Below, one piece after another: positions 10,322 to 18,723 of a DNA stretch of 64,000 bases. The notes under the pieces are model-generated. The model saw only the letters and a list, made by a program, of their open reading frames with translations, searched no databases and was not told the DNA's origin. Position 1 is the first letter of the stretch. The number at the start of each line of letters is the position of its first letter. The translations under genes and the position numbers were made by a program. Source of the stretch: an uncultured Eubacteriales bacterium (GTDB lineage: Bacteria; Bacillota; Clostridia; Christensenellales; CAG-138); assembly GCA_900544555.1 (NCBI GenBank), contig UQWD01000003.1, positions 66,519-130,518 on the forward strand, in the 5' to 3' direction.

Positions 10322-10350
10322 TTGATTTTTTCGCATTGTTCTAATATAAT
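10322..10350 (+). promoter_or_regulatory. Sigma-A-type promoter (TTGATT-17-TATAAT)
   Basis: TTGATT at 10322-10327, an exact 17-nt spacer, and TATAAT at 10345-10350. Confidence 0.65.
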
Positions 10351-10393
10351 ATCCAATGGCAATATGCCAAAATACAGGAAAGGAGGTCGTAAG

Positions 10394-10471
10394 ATGTTTA
10401 TCGAGTGTGGAACAAGCGTAATGAACAAGGAAGGTATTACTGCATCTTTACGGCCTGCTGAGATGCTCTAA
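10394..10471 (+). CDS. 25-codon leader-type ORF upstream of ABC exporter operon
   Basis: AGGAGG lies 7 nt upstream of ATG 10394. It encodes MFIECGTSVMNKEGITASLRPAEML and is below the track size cut-off. A strong terminator follows it. Confidence 0.5.
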   Translation: MFIECGTSVMNKEGITASLRPAEML

Positions 10472-10494
10472 GCATTTGTATTGTTTAGAACTGC

Positions 10495-10526
10495 ACGGCC
10501 ACGGATGCAAATCCGTGGCCGTTTTG
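10495..10526 (+). terminator. Intrinsic terminator / candidate attenuator
   Basis: A perfect 12-bp stem ACGGCCACGGAT / ATCCGTGGCCGT with a GCAA loop, then TTTT. It lies 66 nt upstream of the ABC exporter start. Confidence 0.8.
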
Positions 10527-10591
10527 TCTCTTAAGAGCATACTGAGAGCATCCTGCAGGCTATTTGAAACGGAGAGGGGAGGGGATATGCC

Positions 10592-12427
10592 TTGGAGCAG
10601 CCCAAAAACAAGAAACGCATGAACTGGAAGCTGGTGGCGCTGACAATGCGCGGCCATAAGCGGTATTTACTGCTAGGCGCGCTGGCAATGGCCGTCGCCG
10701 TGGCCGCATCCTATATTATTCCGCTGGTTGTAAGCTTTACGCTGGATTTTGTTATCGGCGGAGTTGAAACGGATATGCCCGGCTTTATTCGCGGTTGGAT
10801 TGAACGGCAGGGCGGGCGCGAATACCTGATTAATAACCTTTATATCTGCGCGCTGGCGCTCATCGGGCTTACGCTTATCAATGGGCTTGCAACCTTTGTG
10901 CGCGGGCGATCGGTTGCTATGGCTTCGGAGGGGATGGCCAAGACGATGAAGGATGAGCTGTATTGGCACCTTCAAAGCGTACCTTACGATTACCACAAGC
11001 ACGTTTCCACGGGTGATTTGGTGCAGAGGTGCACGTCGGATGTGGATACGGTGCGCCGGTTCGTGGCGATTCAATTCCTTGAGGTCGTCAGGACAATCGT
11101 GATGGTTATCGTAGCGTGTTCCATCATGTTTTCCTTAAACCCGACCATGGCGCTTATTTCCATATGCGTTTTGCCGGTGCTGCTTGTATCATCCTTTGTA
11201 TACTTTAGGCTTGTGAGAAAGCAGTTTACGCTCTCAGACGAGGCGGAGGGCCGTTTATCCGCGACGCTGCAGGAGAACCTGACGGGCGTGCGCGTGGTGC
11301 GGGCCTTCGGCCAGCAGCAATATGAAGTTGAAAAATTCACCGCATGCAACCGGGATTTCAGGGACGTTACCTACAAGCTTCTTAAAATGCTGGGCATCTA
11401 TTGGGGCGCTTCGGACGCCATCGGCTATTTGCAGATTGCGATTACGTTGTGCGCGGGCTGTTATTTTGCCGCCACCACAGCGGATTTTACGCTGGGGCAG
11501 ATGCTCGTTTTCACAACCTACACGAGCATGCTCACATGGCCTGTACGCCAGCTCGGGCGCGTACTCGCGGATATGGGCAAGGCGACGGTTTCCATGGGGC
11601 GACTGGATGAAATCCTTTCCTACCCTAAGGAGAAGGAGCCCGGCGAAGCGATTAAGCCGGAAATCAGGGGCGATATCGAGTTTAAGAACGTGTGCTTCGG
11701 TTACGACCGATACGACGATGTGCTTAACGATATATCCTTCTCGGTACATCCCGGGGAAACTGTAGCCATACTGGGCTCTACAGGCTCGGGAAAAACGAGC
11801 CTGGTCCAGCTTTTGCAGCGGCTTTATACCTGCACGGCAGGCTCTATAGAGATTGACGGGGTGAATATCAACGATATTGAGCACGGCCATTTACGTAGGA
11901 ATATCGGCATTGTGCTTCAGGAGCCGTTCCTGTATTCTCGCACAATCCTGGATAACATCCGCATCATTAATCCGGACGCCCCGGAGGAGGCGGTCTATGA
12001 GGCCGCGCGGACCGCTTCGGTGCATAATGTTATACGCGAGTTTGAGAACGGATACGATACCATCGTGGGCGAGCGCGGGGTTACGCTTTCCGGCGGGCAG
12101 AAACAGCGCGTAGCGATTGCGCGCATGCTCATGCAAAAAGCGCCCATAATCATCTTTGACGATTCGATGAGCGCGGTGGATACGGAAACGGACGCCGCGA
12201 TTCGCCAGGCACTGCGCACGCGCAGAAAGGATACCACGACGTTTATCATTTCGCACCGCGTAACCACGCTTTGCGAGGCCGATAATATACTGGTTCTTGA
12301 GCGCGGCAGGCTGGTGCAGCAGGGTACGCATGAAGCGCTCCTTAAGGAGGACGGCCTCTACCGCCGGATCGCCAAAATACAGAACATGCAGGAAGAAATG
12401 GATGAAACGGGGGGTGAACGAGCATGA
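10592..12427 (+). CDS. ABC exporter permease/ATPase fusion, heterodimer subunit 1 (BmrC/LmrC-like)
   Basis: Six-TM domain plus NBD with GSTGSGKTS (Walker A), LSGGQKQR and IIIFDDS. Start is TTG 10592 (SD GAGGGGAGGGG) or ATG 10619. Confidence 0.85.
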   Translation: MEQPKNKKRMNWKLVALTMRGHKRYLLLGALAMAVAVAASYIIPLVVSFTLDFVIGGVETDMPGFIRGWIERQGGREYLINNLYICALALIGLTLINGLATFVRGRSVAMASEGMAKTMKDELYWHLQSVPYDYHKHVSTGDLVQRCTSDVDTVRRFVAIQFLEVVRTIVMVIVACSIMFSLNPTMALISICVLPVLLVSSFVYFRLVRKQFTLSDEAEGRLSATLQENLTGVRVVRAFGQQQYEVEKFTACNRDFRDVTYKLLKMLGIYWGASDAIGYLQIAITLCAGCYFAATTADFTLGQMLVFTTYTSMLTWPVRQLGRVLADMGKATVSMGRLDEILSYPKEKEPGEAIKPEIRGDIEFKNVCFGYDRYDDVLNDISFSVHPGETVAILGSTGSGKTSLVQLLQRLYTCTAGSIEIDGVNINDIEHGHLRRNIGIVLQEPFLYSRTILDNIRIINPDAPEEAVYEAARTASVHNVIREFENGYDTIVGERGVTLSGGQKQRVAIARMLMQKAPIIIFDDSMSAVDTETDAAIRQALRTRRKDTTTFIISHRVTTLCEADNILVLERGRLVQQGTHEALLKEDGLYRRIAKIQNMQEEMDETGGERA

Positions 12428-14277
12428 GCAGCGCTATAAAAGAGCAGGAGTTTGACAAGAAAGTCGATCTCAATATATGGAAGCGGCTTTTAAAATACGC
12501 CTTTAGATACCCAAAGCTTGTTATCGGCCTCATAGGCGTGCTTTTACTGGTGGCGGCGGTTGATCTTATCTACCCCCTTCTCACCAAGTACGCTATCGAT
12601 AACTTTATCACGAAAGGTGATATCGGCGGCCTGCCCGCTTTCGCCCTTATATACTTGGGCTTTGTGGCGATACAGGGGCTTGGGGTTTTCCTGTTTGTTT
12701 CCGGGGGAGGCAAGCTTGAGATGCGAATTTCCTACGATATTCGCCAGGAAGCGTTTGTTAAGCTTCAGGAGCTGTCCTTCTCCTTTTATGACAAGACTGC
12801 CGTTGGTTACCTGATGGCTAGAATGGTCAGCGACGTTGCGCGCCTAAGCGAGATGATTGCTTGGAGCATCATCGACCTGTTGTGGGCCGCCGCGTACGTT
12901 TTCGGCGTGATGGGCATACTTTTTACGCTCAACTGGAAGCTCGCGCTTATCGTCGTGGTCGTCATCCCTCCGCTGGCCGTGGTGTGCGGCATCTTTCAGA
13001 AAAAAATTCTCAAGTATCAGCGCAGGGTACGAAAAGCGAACTCGCGCATAACCGGAGCTTTCAACGAGGGGATCATGGGCGCGATGACGACAAAAACGCT
13101 TGTGCGCGAGGAGAAAAATACGGAGGAGTTTGTCGAGCTTACCGGGGAAATGCGCCGCGCGGCGATTAAATCCGCCGTTCTTTCCGCAATATTCATGCCC
13201 ATCGTCATGATGCTTGGGTCAATCGGCATGGCTTTGGCCCTGTATGTCGGCGGTAAGGGCGTTTTCCTCACCAACATCGGCGATCTTCCCTGGATTGGCG
13301 CTATCGGGTTTGGTACGCTTGCGGCGTTTATATCATATACCACAAGCTTTTTTGAACCCGTACAGCAGATAGCCCGGATCTTCGCTGAGCTGCAAAGCGC
13401 GCAGGCGAGCGCGGAAAGGGTAATTTCCCTAATAGACACGCCGGTTGAAATAAAGGATTCAGAGGAGGTTGTATCCGTATTCGGCGACAACTTCCATCCA
13501 AAGCGCGAGAACTGGCCGCCTATCAAAGGCGAGGTTGAGTTTGAGAACGTATCCTTCGCCTATAAGGAAGGGGAGAAGGTGCTCAATGATTTCAGCCTGC
13601 ATGTTAAGGCAGGCGAAACCATAGCGCTAGTAGGTGAAACGGGCGCTGGAAAGAGCACTATCGTAAACCTCGTATGCCGGTTTTACGAGCCGACCGGAGG
13701 GCGCGTACTCATAGACGGGGTGGATTATATGAAGCGCAGCCAGCTCTGGCTTCAGGACAGCCTGGGGTATGTGCTTCAGTCGCCGCATCTGTTTTCCGGC
13801 ACGATAAGGGATAATATCCGATATGGAAAAAGGGACGCGACGGACGAGGAGGTGCGGTACGCCGCGCGCATGGTCCACGCGGAGGATTTTATCCTCAGAC
13901 AGGAAAAGGGATATGATACTGAGGTCGGCGAGGGCGGCGTACGCCTTTCCACGGGCGAAAAGCAGCTGATATCATTCGCCAGGGTCATATTGGCGGATCC
14001 GCGTATTTTCGTGTTGGACGAGGCGACGTCTTCCATCGATACGGAAACGGAGCAGCTTATTCAGAAGGCTATAACCGAGGTGCTTAAAAACCGCACGAGC
14101 TTCATCGTGGCTCACAGGCTTTCCACAATCCGAAGCGCCGACAGGATACTGGTTATACGGGGCGGCAGAATAACTGAGGAAGGAACGCACCGGGAGCTTA
14201 TGCGCCTCAAGGGCTACTACCATGACCTTTATACCAATCAGTTCCATGAAGAAGCTTCCGAGGCGATTCTAAAATAA
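12424..14277 (+). CDS. ABC exporter permease/ATPase fusion, heterodimer subunit 2 (BmrD/LmrD-like)
   Basis: 4-nt overlap with the upstream gene. NBD motifs GETGAGKST, LSTGEKQ and IFVLDEATS. Confidence 0.85.
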   Translation: MSSAIKEQEFDKKVDLNIWKRLLKYAFRYPKLVIGLIGVLLLVAAVDLIYPLLTKYAIDNFITKGDIGGLPAFALIYLGFVAIQGLGVFLFVSGGGKLEMRISYDIRQEAFVKLQELSFSFYDKTAVGYLMARMVSDVARLSEMIAWSIIDLLWAAAYVFGVMGILFTLNWKLALIVVVVIPPLAVVCGIFQKKILKYQRRVRKANSRITGAFNEGIMGAMTTKTLVREEKNTEEFVELTGEMRRAAIKSAVLSAIFMPIVMMLGSIGMALALYVGGKGVFLTNIGDLPWIGAIGFGTLAAFISYTTSFFEPVQQIARIFAELQSAQASAERVISLIDTPVEIKDSEEVVSVFGDNFHPKRENWPPIKGEVEFENVSFAYKEGEKVLNDFSLHVKAGETIALVGETGAGKSTIVNLVCRFYEPTGGRVLIDGVDYMKRSQLWLQDSLGYVLQSPHLFSGTIRDNIRYGKRDATDEEVRYAARMVHAEDFILRQEKGYDTEVGEGGVRLSTGEKQLISFARVILADPRIFVLDEATSSIDTETEQLIQKAITEVLKNRTSFIVAHRLSTIRSADRILVIRGGRITEEGTHRELMRLKGYYHDLYTNQFHEEASEAILK

Positions 14278-14318
14278 CAGAATCCTTTCCGGAAATAAAC
14301 GAAAAACTTACATTTTTT

Positions 14319-14350
14319 GGGCGCGCGGGAGATGACACCGCGCGCCCTTT
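14319..14350 (+). terminator. Intrinsic terminator of ABC operon
   Basis: GGGCGCGCGG / CCGCGCGCCC stem followed by TTT. Confidence 0.6.
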
Positions 14351-14389
14351 ATGCTATAATCATATATATTTTAACAAAGGAGGCATTTC

Positions 14390-16027
14390 ATGAAAAAGTG
14401 GTCTAAACTCTTTGCGCTGCTTCTCGTGCTCATTATGGCATTCTCCTTTACCGCCGTTGGGCAAGCGGAGGGCGACTCGCAAATCGTGATCTTGCATACG
14501 AACGACGTACACAGCCGCGTCGACGATAACCTTGGTTATGCGGGCGTCAAGAGCGTAAAGGACGCGCTTGAGGCTCAGGGCAAGGAGGTTTTGCTGCTGG
14601 ATGCGGGCGACGCTTTGCACGGCCTGCCTTTAGCGAACCTTTCCGAGGGAATGAATATCGTTGAAATCATGAACGCTGTGGGTTATACCGCGATGGCTCC
14701 CGGGAACCATGATTTTAATTACGGAACGAGCAGGCTGCTTGAGCTGGAAGGGCAGATGAATTTTGATCTGCTATCAGCCAATGTAACTGTTGAGGAAACG
14801 GGCGCTCATGCGTTTACCTCATCTAAGCTGTACGAGGCTGGTAATAAAAAGGTAGGCATTGTGGGGCTTACAACGCCGGAAACCGTAACAAAGGCCGATC
14901 CAAGAAAGGTTGCGGGCTATTCCTTTAATCCGGACGAGCTGGCCGATATTCTCCAGGGAGAAATCAATAAGCTCAAGGGCGAGGGCGCGGATTATATCGT
15001 GGCGCTTGGCCACCTTGGAATCGATGAGGAAAGCCGGCCCTGGCGCTCTACGGATGTTATCGCCAAGGTAAGCGGGCTGGATATCTTTGTCGACGGCCAC
15101 AGCCATTCCACGCTCGAAAGCGGGAGGACGGTAAAAGATAAGGACGGAAACGACGTTGTGCTCGCGCAGACGGGGACACAGCTGGCCGCTATCGGAAAAA
15201 TAACCATTGACGACGCCGGCATCCGCGCCGAGCTTGTTACGGAAGCGGATAAGGATGAGGCGATAACGGCGCTGATCGGTGAAAAGATGGCTCAGATCCA
15301 GCCCCTTCTTGACAGGGTTGTGGCGAAAACGGATGTGCTTCTCAACGGCGAACGGGATCCAGGCGTGCGTACGCAGGAAACAAACCTGGGCGATCTGGTG
15401 GCGGACGCGCTTAAGGCGGCTGCCGGCTCCGATATCGCGGTGACAAACGGCGGCGGTATCCGCGCGTCGGTCGATATCGGCGATATTACCTATGGCGAGC
15501 TAAACGCGGTGCTTCCTTTTGGTAATCTGGTAACGAAAATTGAGGTTACCGGGAAGCAAATTGTGGAAGCGCTTGAGTTTGGCGCGCAGAGCTGCCCGAC
15601 CGCAGCCGGCGGGTTTTTACAGGTCGCCGGGCTTGAGTTCGAGATCCACACCTACGTTGAATACGGCAAAGGTGAACGCATCCAAAACGTAAAGGTTAAC
15701 GGGGCTCCCATTGATTTGAATAAAACGTATACGCTCGCCACGAATGATTTCATGGCTGCGGGCGGAGACGGATATGAAATGTTCGGCAGCTGCGTCAAGC
15801 TGGGCGAGTTCGGCGCGATGGACGAAGCGCTTATCAACTTTATCGTTGAGGATTTGGGCGGCAGCGTAGGCCAGGATTACGCAAAGCCGCAGGGCCGCAT
15901 CGTGATTAAGAGCGAAGCGGGCCAGGTTAACCCGCCAGCGACCGGCGGAGCTTCACTGCTCGTATTTGCGGCCGCAATGGCCGCGGCCGGCGCCGGCGCG
16001 TTACTGCGCAAAAGGGCCGCGAAGTAA
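14390..16027 (+). CDS. Secreted bifunctional metallophosphatase/5'-nucleotidase with C-terminal sortase-type anchor
   Basis: A signal peptide, then ILHTNDVHSR, GNHDFN and GHSH metallophosphatase motifs. The C-terminus is NPPATGG plus a hydrophobic stretch plus RKRAAK. Confidence 0.85.
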   Translation: MKKWSKLFALLLVLIMAFSFTAVGQAEGDSQIVILHTNDVHSRVDDNLGYAGVKSVKDALEAQGKEVLLLDAGDALHGLPLANLSEGMNIVEIMNAVGYTAMAPGNHDFNYGTSRLLELEGQMNFDLLSANVTVEETGAHAFTSSKLYEAGNKKVGIVGLTTPETVTKADPRKVAGYSFNPDELADILQGEINKLKGEGADYIVALGHLGIDEESRPWRSTDVIAKVSGLDIFVDGHSHSTLESGRTVKDKDGNDVVLAQTGTQLAAIGKITIDDAGIRAELVTEADKDEAITALIGEKMAQIQPLLDRVVAKTDVLLNGERDPGVRTQETNLGDLVADALKAAAGSDIAVTNGGGIRASVDIGDITYGELNAVLPFGNLVTKIEVTGKQIVEALEFGAQSCPTAAGGFLQVAGLEFEIHTYVEYGKGERIQNVKVNGAPIDLNKTYTLATNDFMAAGGDGYEMFGSCVKLGEFGAMDEALINFIVEDLGGSVGQDYAKPQGRIVIKSEAGQVNPPATGGASLLVFAAAMAAAGAGALLRKRAAK

Positions 16028-16448
16028 GGCGGGAAGGAAGCTAGCTGCCGTTTTGATTGAGTTGCGAAACACTCGATTCACGACGGAAAGGCGATACACT
16101 GCATAATTGAACGGCAGGCCGATAACGTAAGTAATTAGGAGCGCGTAGCGCTATAAGCTGGCAACATGAATGGGGCCGCCCTTTTTGGGCAAGGCCCCAT
16201 AGCTTTATAAACTGCCTGCCTTTTACGCAGGTTTGAGCTGTATAGCTTAATCAAATTGCCTTTTTTCATTATACCCATACAAACACTGTCAAATTCCAAT
16301 GCTGTGTAATTATTTACCAGAACTCTCTTGTATTGCCTTAATAAATAATTAACGTATTATTCGGACGGTTCCCGCTTTAATTATGATAAAATGATGTTAT
16401 AACGCGTTGAATAAAGGAGGGCGGGGCGGCCAAAAGGCCCGTAATGGA

Positions 16449-17780
16449 ATGATAGAATTACCAATTGCGTTTATAAACAGAATGAAAAGCCTGTTGGGAG
16501 CGGATTACGGATCCTATATCAAAAGCCTTGGCGATCGGCCTTCAAAAGGACTTAGGATTAACACGCTCAAAGTATCCGTCGAGGAGTTTTTGCGCATAGC
16601 CCCGTTTGAAATAAAACCCACGGGTATGCTCGACGAAGGTTTTTTGCTCAAATTAGGAGAAGGCAGGGCGGGCGTTCATGCGTTTCACGCCGCCGGGTTG
16701 TATTATTTACAGGAGCCCTCCGCCATGAGCGCCATTGAAGCGCTTGAACCGCAGCCCGGCATGCGCATACTGGATTTGTGCGCCGCGCCCGGCGGAAAAG
16801 CGGGGGGGATAGCGGCCAGAATGCGCGGGAACGGCCTTTTGGCCGCCAACGATCCGGTTCCTTCGCGCGCCAGGGTTCTGCGCGCGAACCTGGAGCGGCT
16901 GGGGGTTAAGAACAGCGTGGTAACATGTGCGCGCCCGGAAGAATATGAAAGAAGGTTCGGTGGGTGGTTCGACGCGGTGCTCGTTGACGCGCCATGCTCG
17001 GGCGAAGGCATGTTCAGGAAGGATGACAGGGCGGTTTTGGAATGGTCGCAAGAGCATGTGATCGCATGCGCGGCCCGGCAGTCGGCGGTTATCACAAGCG
17101 CCGCTCATTGCGTAAGGCCGGGGGGCGTGCTGGTATACGCTACCTGTACGTTTTCACGCGAGGAAAACGAGGACGTCGTCTTGCGCTTTTTAAATGACCG
17201 CCCGGATTGGAAACTTGATTTTATGCGGAGGTTTTACCCTCATACAAGCTGCGGCGAGGGGCATTTTGTGGCAAGGCTTAAGCGTGAAGGCGTGAGAGGG
17301 GAAGAAAAGAGGGCTCAAGAGATGAAGGGTCGAAAGCTCCCAATAAACCCTTGCGCGGATGAAACGTTTTTACGCGCGATGGCCGATATATTTGGGCGGC
17401 AGCCGGAGGGAGATGCGTGGCGGCTTGAGGATGGAAGGGTAATTCTATTAGGCTCGGATTTACCCGAGATATTTTCCGGGCTGCATATACTCAGCGCTGG
17501 AATTGAGGCAGGAAGGCTTGTTAAGGGGCGGTTTGAACCCGCTCATGCGCTGTTTATGGCGGCGTACGGCGGCATACCCTTGCATACGATATCACTTGAG
17601 GCGGATTCAAGAGAGTTGCGCGCGTTTCTTTCGGGCTATGAGCTTAACGCGCCCAAGGGCATGAAGGGGTACTGCGCCGTTGAAGCGGATGGGTTTACAG
17701 TGGGCTATGGAAAGGCGGGCTCGGGAAAGCTGAAAAACCATTATCCTAAGGGGCTGCGCCACAATTTGTCCCAAGCTTAG
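16449..17780 (+). CDS. RsmB/RsmF-family rRNA m5C methyltransferase
   Basis: DLCAAPGGK, DAPCSGEGM and YATCTFSREENE motifs. The start is uncertain (TTG 16407 or ATG 16449). Confidence 0.8.
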   Translation: MIELPIAFINRMKSLLGADYGSYIKSLGDRPSKGLRINTLKVSVEEFLRIAPFEIKPTGMLDEGFLLKLGEGRAGVHAFHAAGLYYLQEPSAMSAIEALEPQPGMRILDLCAAPGGKAGGIAARMRGNGLLAANDPVPSRARVLRANLERLGVKNSVVTCARPEEYERRFGGWFDAVLVDAPCSGEGMFRKDDRAVLEWSQEHVIACAARQSAVITSAAHCVRPGGVLVYATCTFSREENEDVVLRFLNDRPDWKLDFMRRFYPHTSCGEGHFVARLKREGVRGEEKRAQEMKGRKLPINPCADETFLRAMADIFGRQPEGDAWRLEDGRVILLGSDLPEIFSGLHILSAGIEAGRLVKGRFEPAHALFMAAYGGIPLHTISLEADSRELRAFLSGYELNAPKGMKGYCAVEADGFTVGYGKAGSGKLKNHYPKGLRHNLSQA

Positions 17781-17911
17781 GAGGTAAAGTATCTTTATCG
17801 CATGCCTGCGCGGACGTGTCACCGGCGATACGCGGCGTATTTTGGCGAATGGCAAGTACATATAAAAGCATATGATGTAGGGATAATACAATGAAAGGAA
17901 AGGAGCTTATT

Positions 17912-18418
17912 ATGGGATTTTTCGATAAGGTAGGGAACGCGGCGCACAATGCCGTGACAAAGACAAGCGACCTGGTTGAAATACAGAAGCTGAAAAGCGC
18001 CATAAACGGTGAGAACAAAAAGATTGAGGGCTTACAGCTTGAGCTTGGTATTTATATCTGGGGGCGGTACGCCGCTGAAAAAAGCGATCTGTTCGATCAT
18101 ACGGCCGTTGACCTTTGCGAGAAGATACAGGAGCGTTATCTGGCGATTGATGAGTTAAACGGCCAAATTAAGCGAATTAAGCTTGACAGGGCGCAGGAAG
18201 CAAATCAAACCAGCGTTTGCTCGCATTGCGGCGAAACGATTCCGGCGGACTTTGCTTTTTGCACCAATTGCGGCACGAAATTAGAGGATCAGCACGCGGA
18301 GGTTTTGGAGGAGGAGAACGCAACCCCAATTCGCTATTGTCAAAGCTGCAACGCGCAGCTACGCGAAAACAGCCGGTTTTGCGGTTCCTGCGGGGCTAAG
18401 CAGGATCCGGATGAATAG
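17912..18418 (+). CDS. Double zinc-ribbon protein with N-terminal coiled coil
   Basis: N-terminus MGFFDKV. Two zinc ribbons: CSHCGETIPADFAFCTNCG and CQSCNAQLRENSRFCGSCG. AAGGAG SD precedes ATG 17912. Confidence 0.7.
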   Translation: MGFFDKVGNAAHNAVTKTSDLVEIQKLKSAINGENKKIEGLQLELGIYIWGRYAAEKSDLFDHTAVDLCEKIQERYLAIDELNGQIKRIKLDRAQEANQTSVCSHCGETIPADFAFCTNCGTKLEDQHAEVLEEENATPIRYCQSCNAQLRENSRFCGSCGAKQDPDE

Positions 18419-18465
18419 CGCTTGACATTATAAGGCGCGGCGCATAAACTGTTTTTATGTATATT

Positions 18466-18699
18466 GGCGAAGACGGAGAGGAGTACGCGCGTAATTATGC
18501 GTCAGAGAGGCCGCCCCACCGGCTGAAAGGGTTGCCGGCAAAAAGGCGCGGAACGTCGCTCCCGAGCTTTCCGGGCGATATGTAGTACGGAACGGGCGCA
18601 TACCGTTATCATGCTTGAGTGGAATGTATTTTTGATGCATTCAACAAAGGTGGTACCGCGAGCCGGCCCTCTCGTCCTTTGAATGAGAGGGCTTTTGTT
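18466..18699 (+). promoter_or_regulatory. T-box leader (valine-specific) of valS
   Basis: Conserved T-box sequence AAAGGTGGTACCGCG (18647-18660). The terminator GCCCTCTCGTCCTTTGAATGAGAGGGC is followed by TTTTGTT. An AGAGA/GTAC stem I element is present. The candidate specifier GTC (Val) lies at 18555-18557, in GAACGTCG. Confidence 0.85.
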
Positions 18700-18723
18700 A
18701 TATTTAGAGTTTGGAGGCTGAAT

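Noticed and set aside
18619-18723. Track start of valS at 18619 (35 extra N-terminal codons)
   Set aside because: That stretch is the T-box antiterminator/terminator. ATG 18724 has a GGAGG SD and gives the canonical ValS N-terminus.
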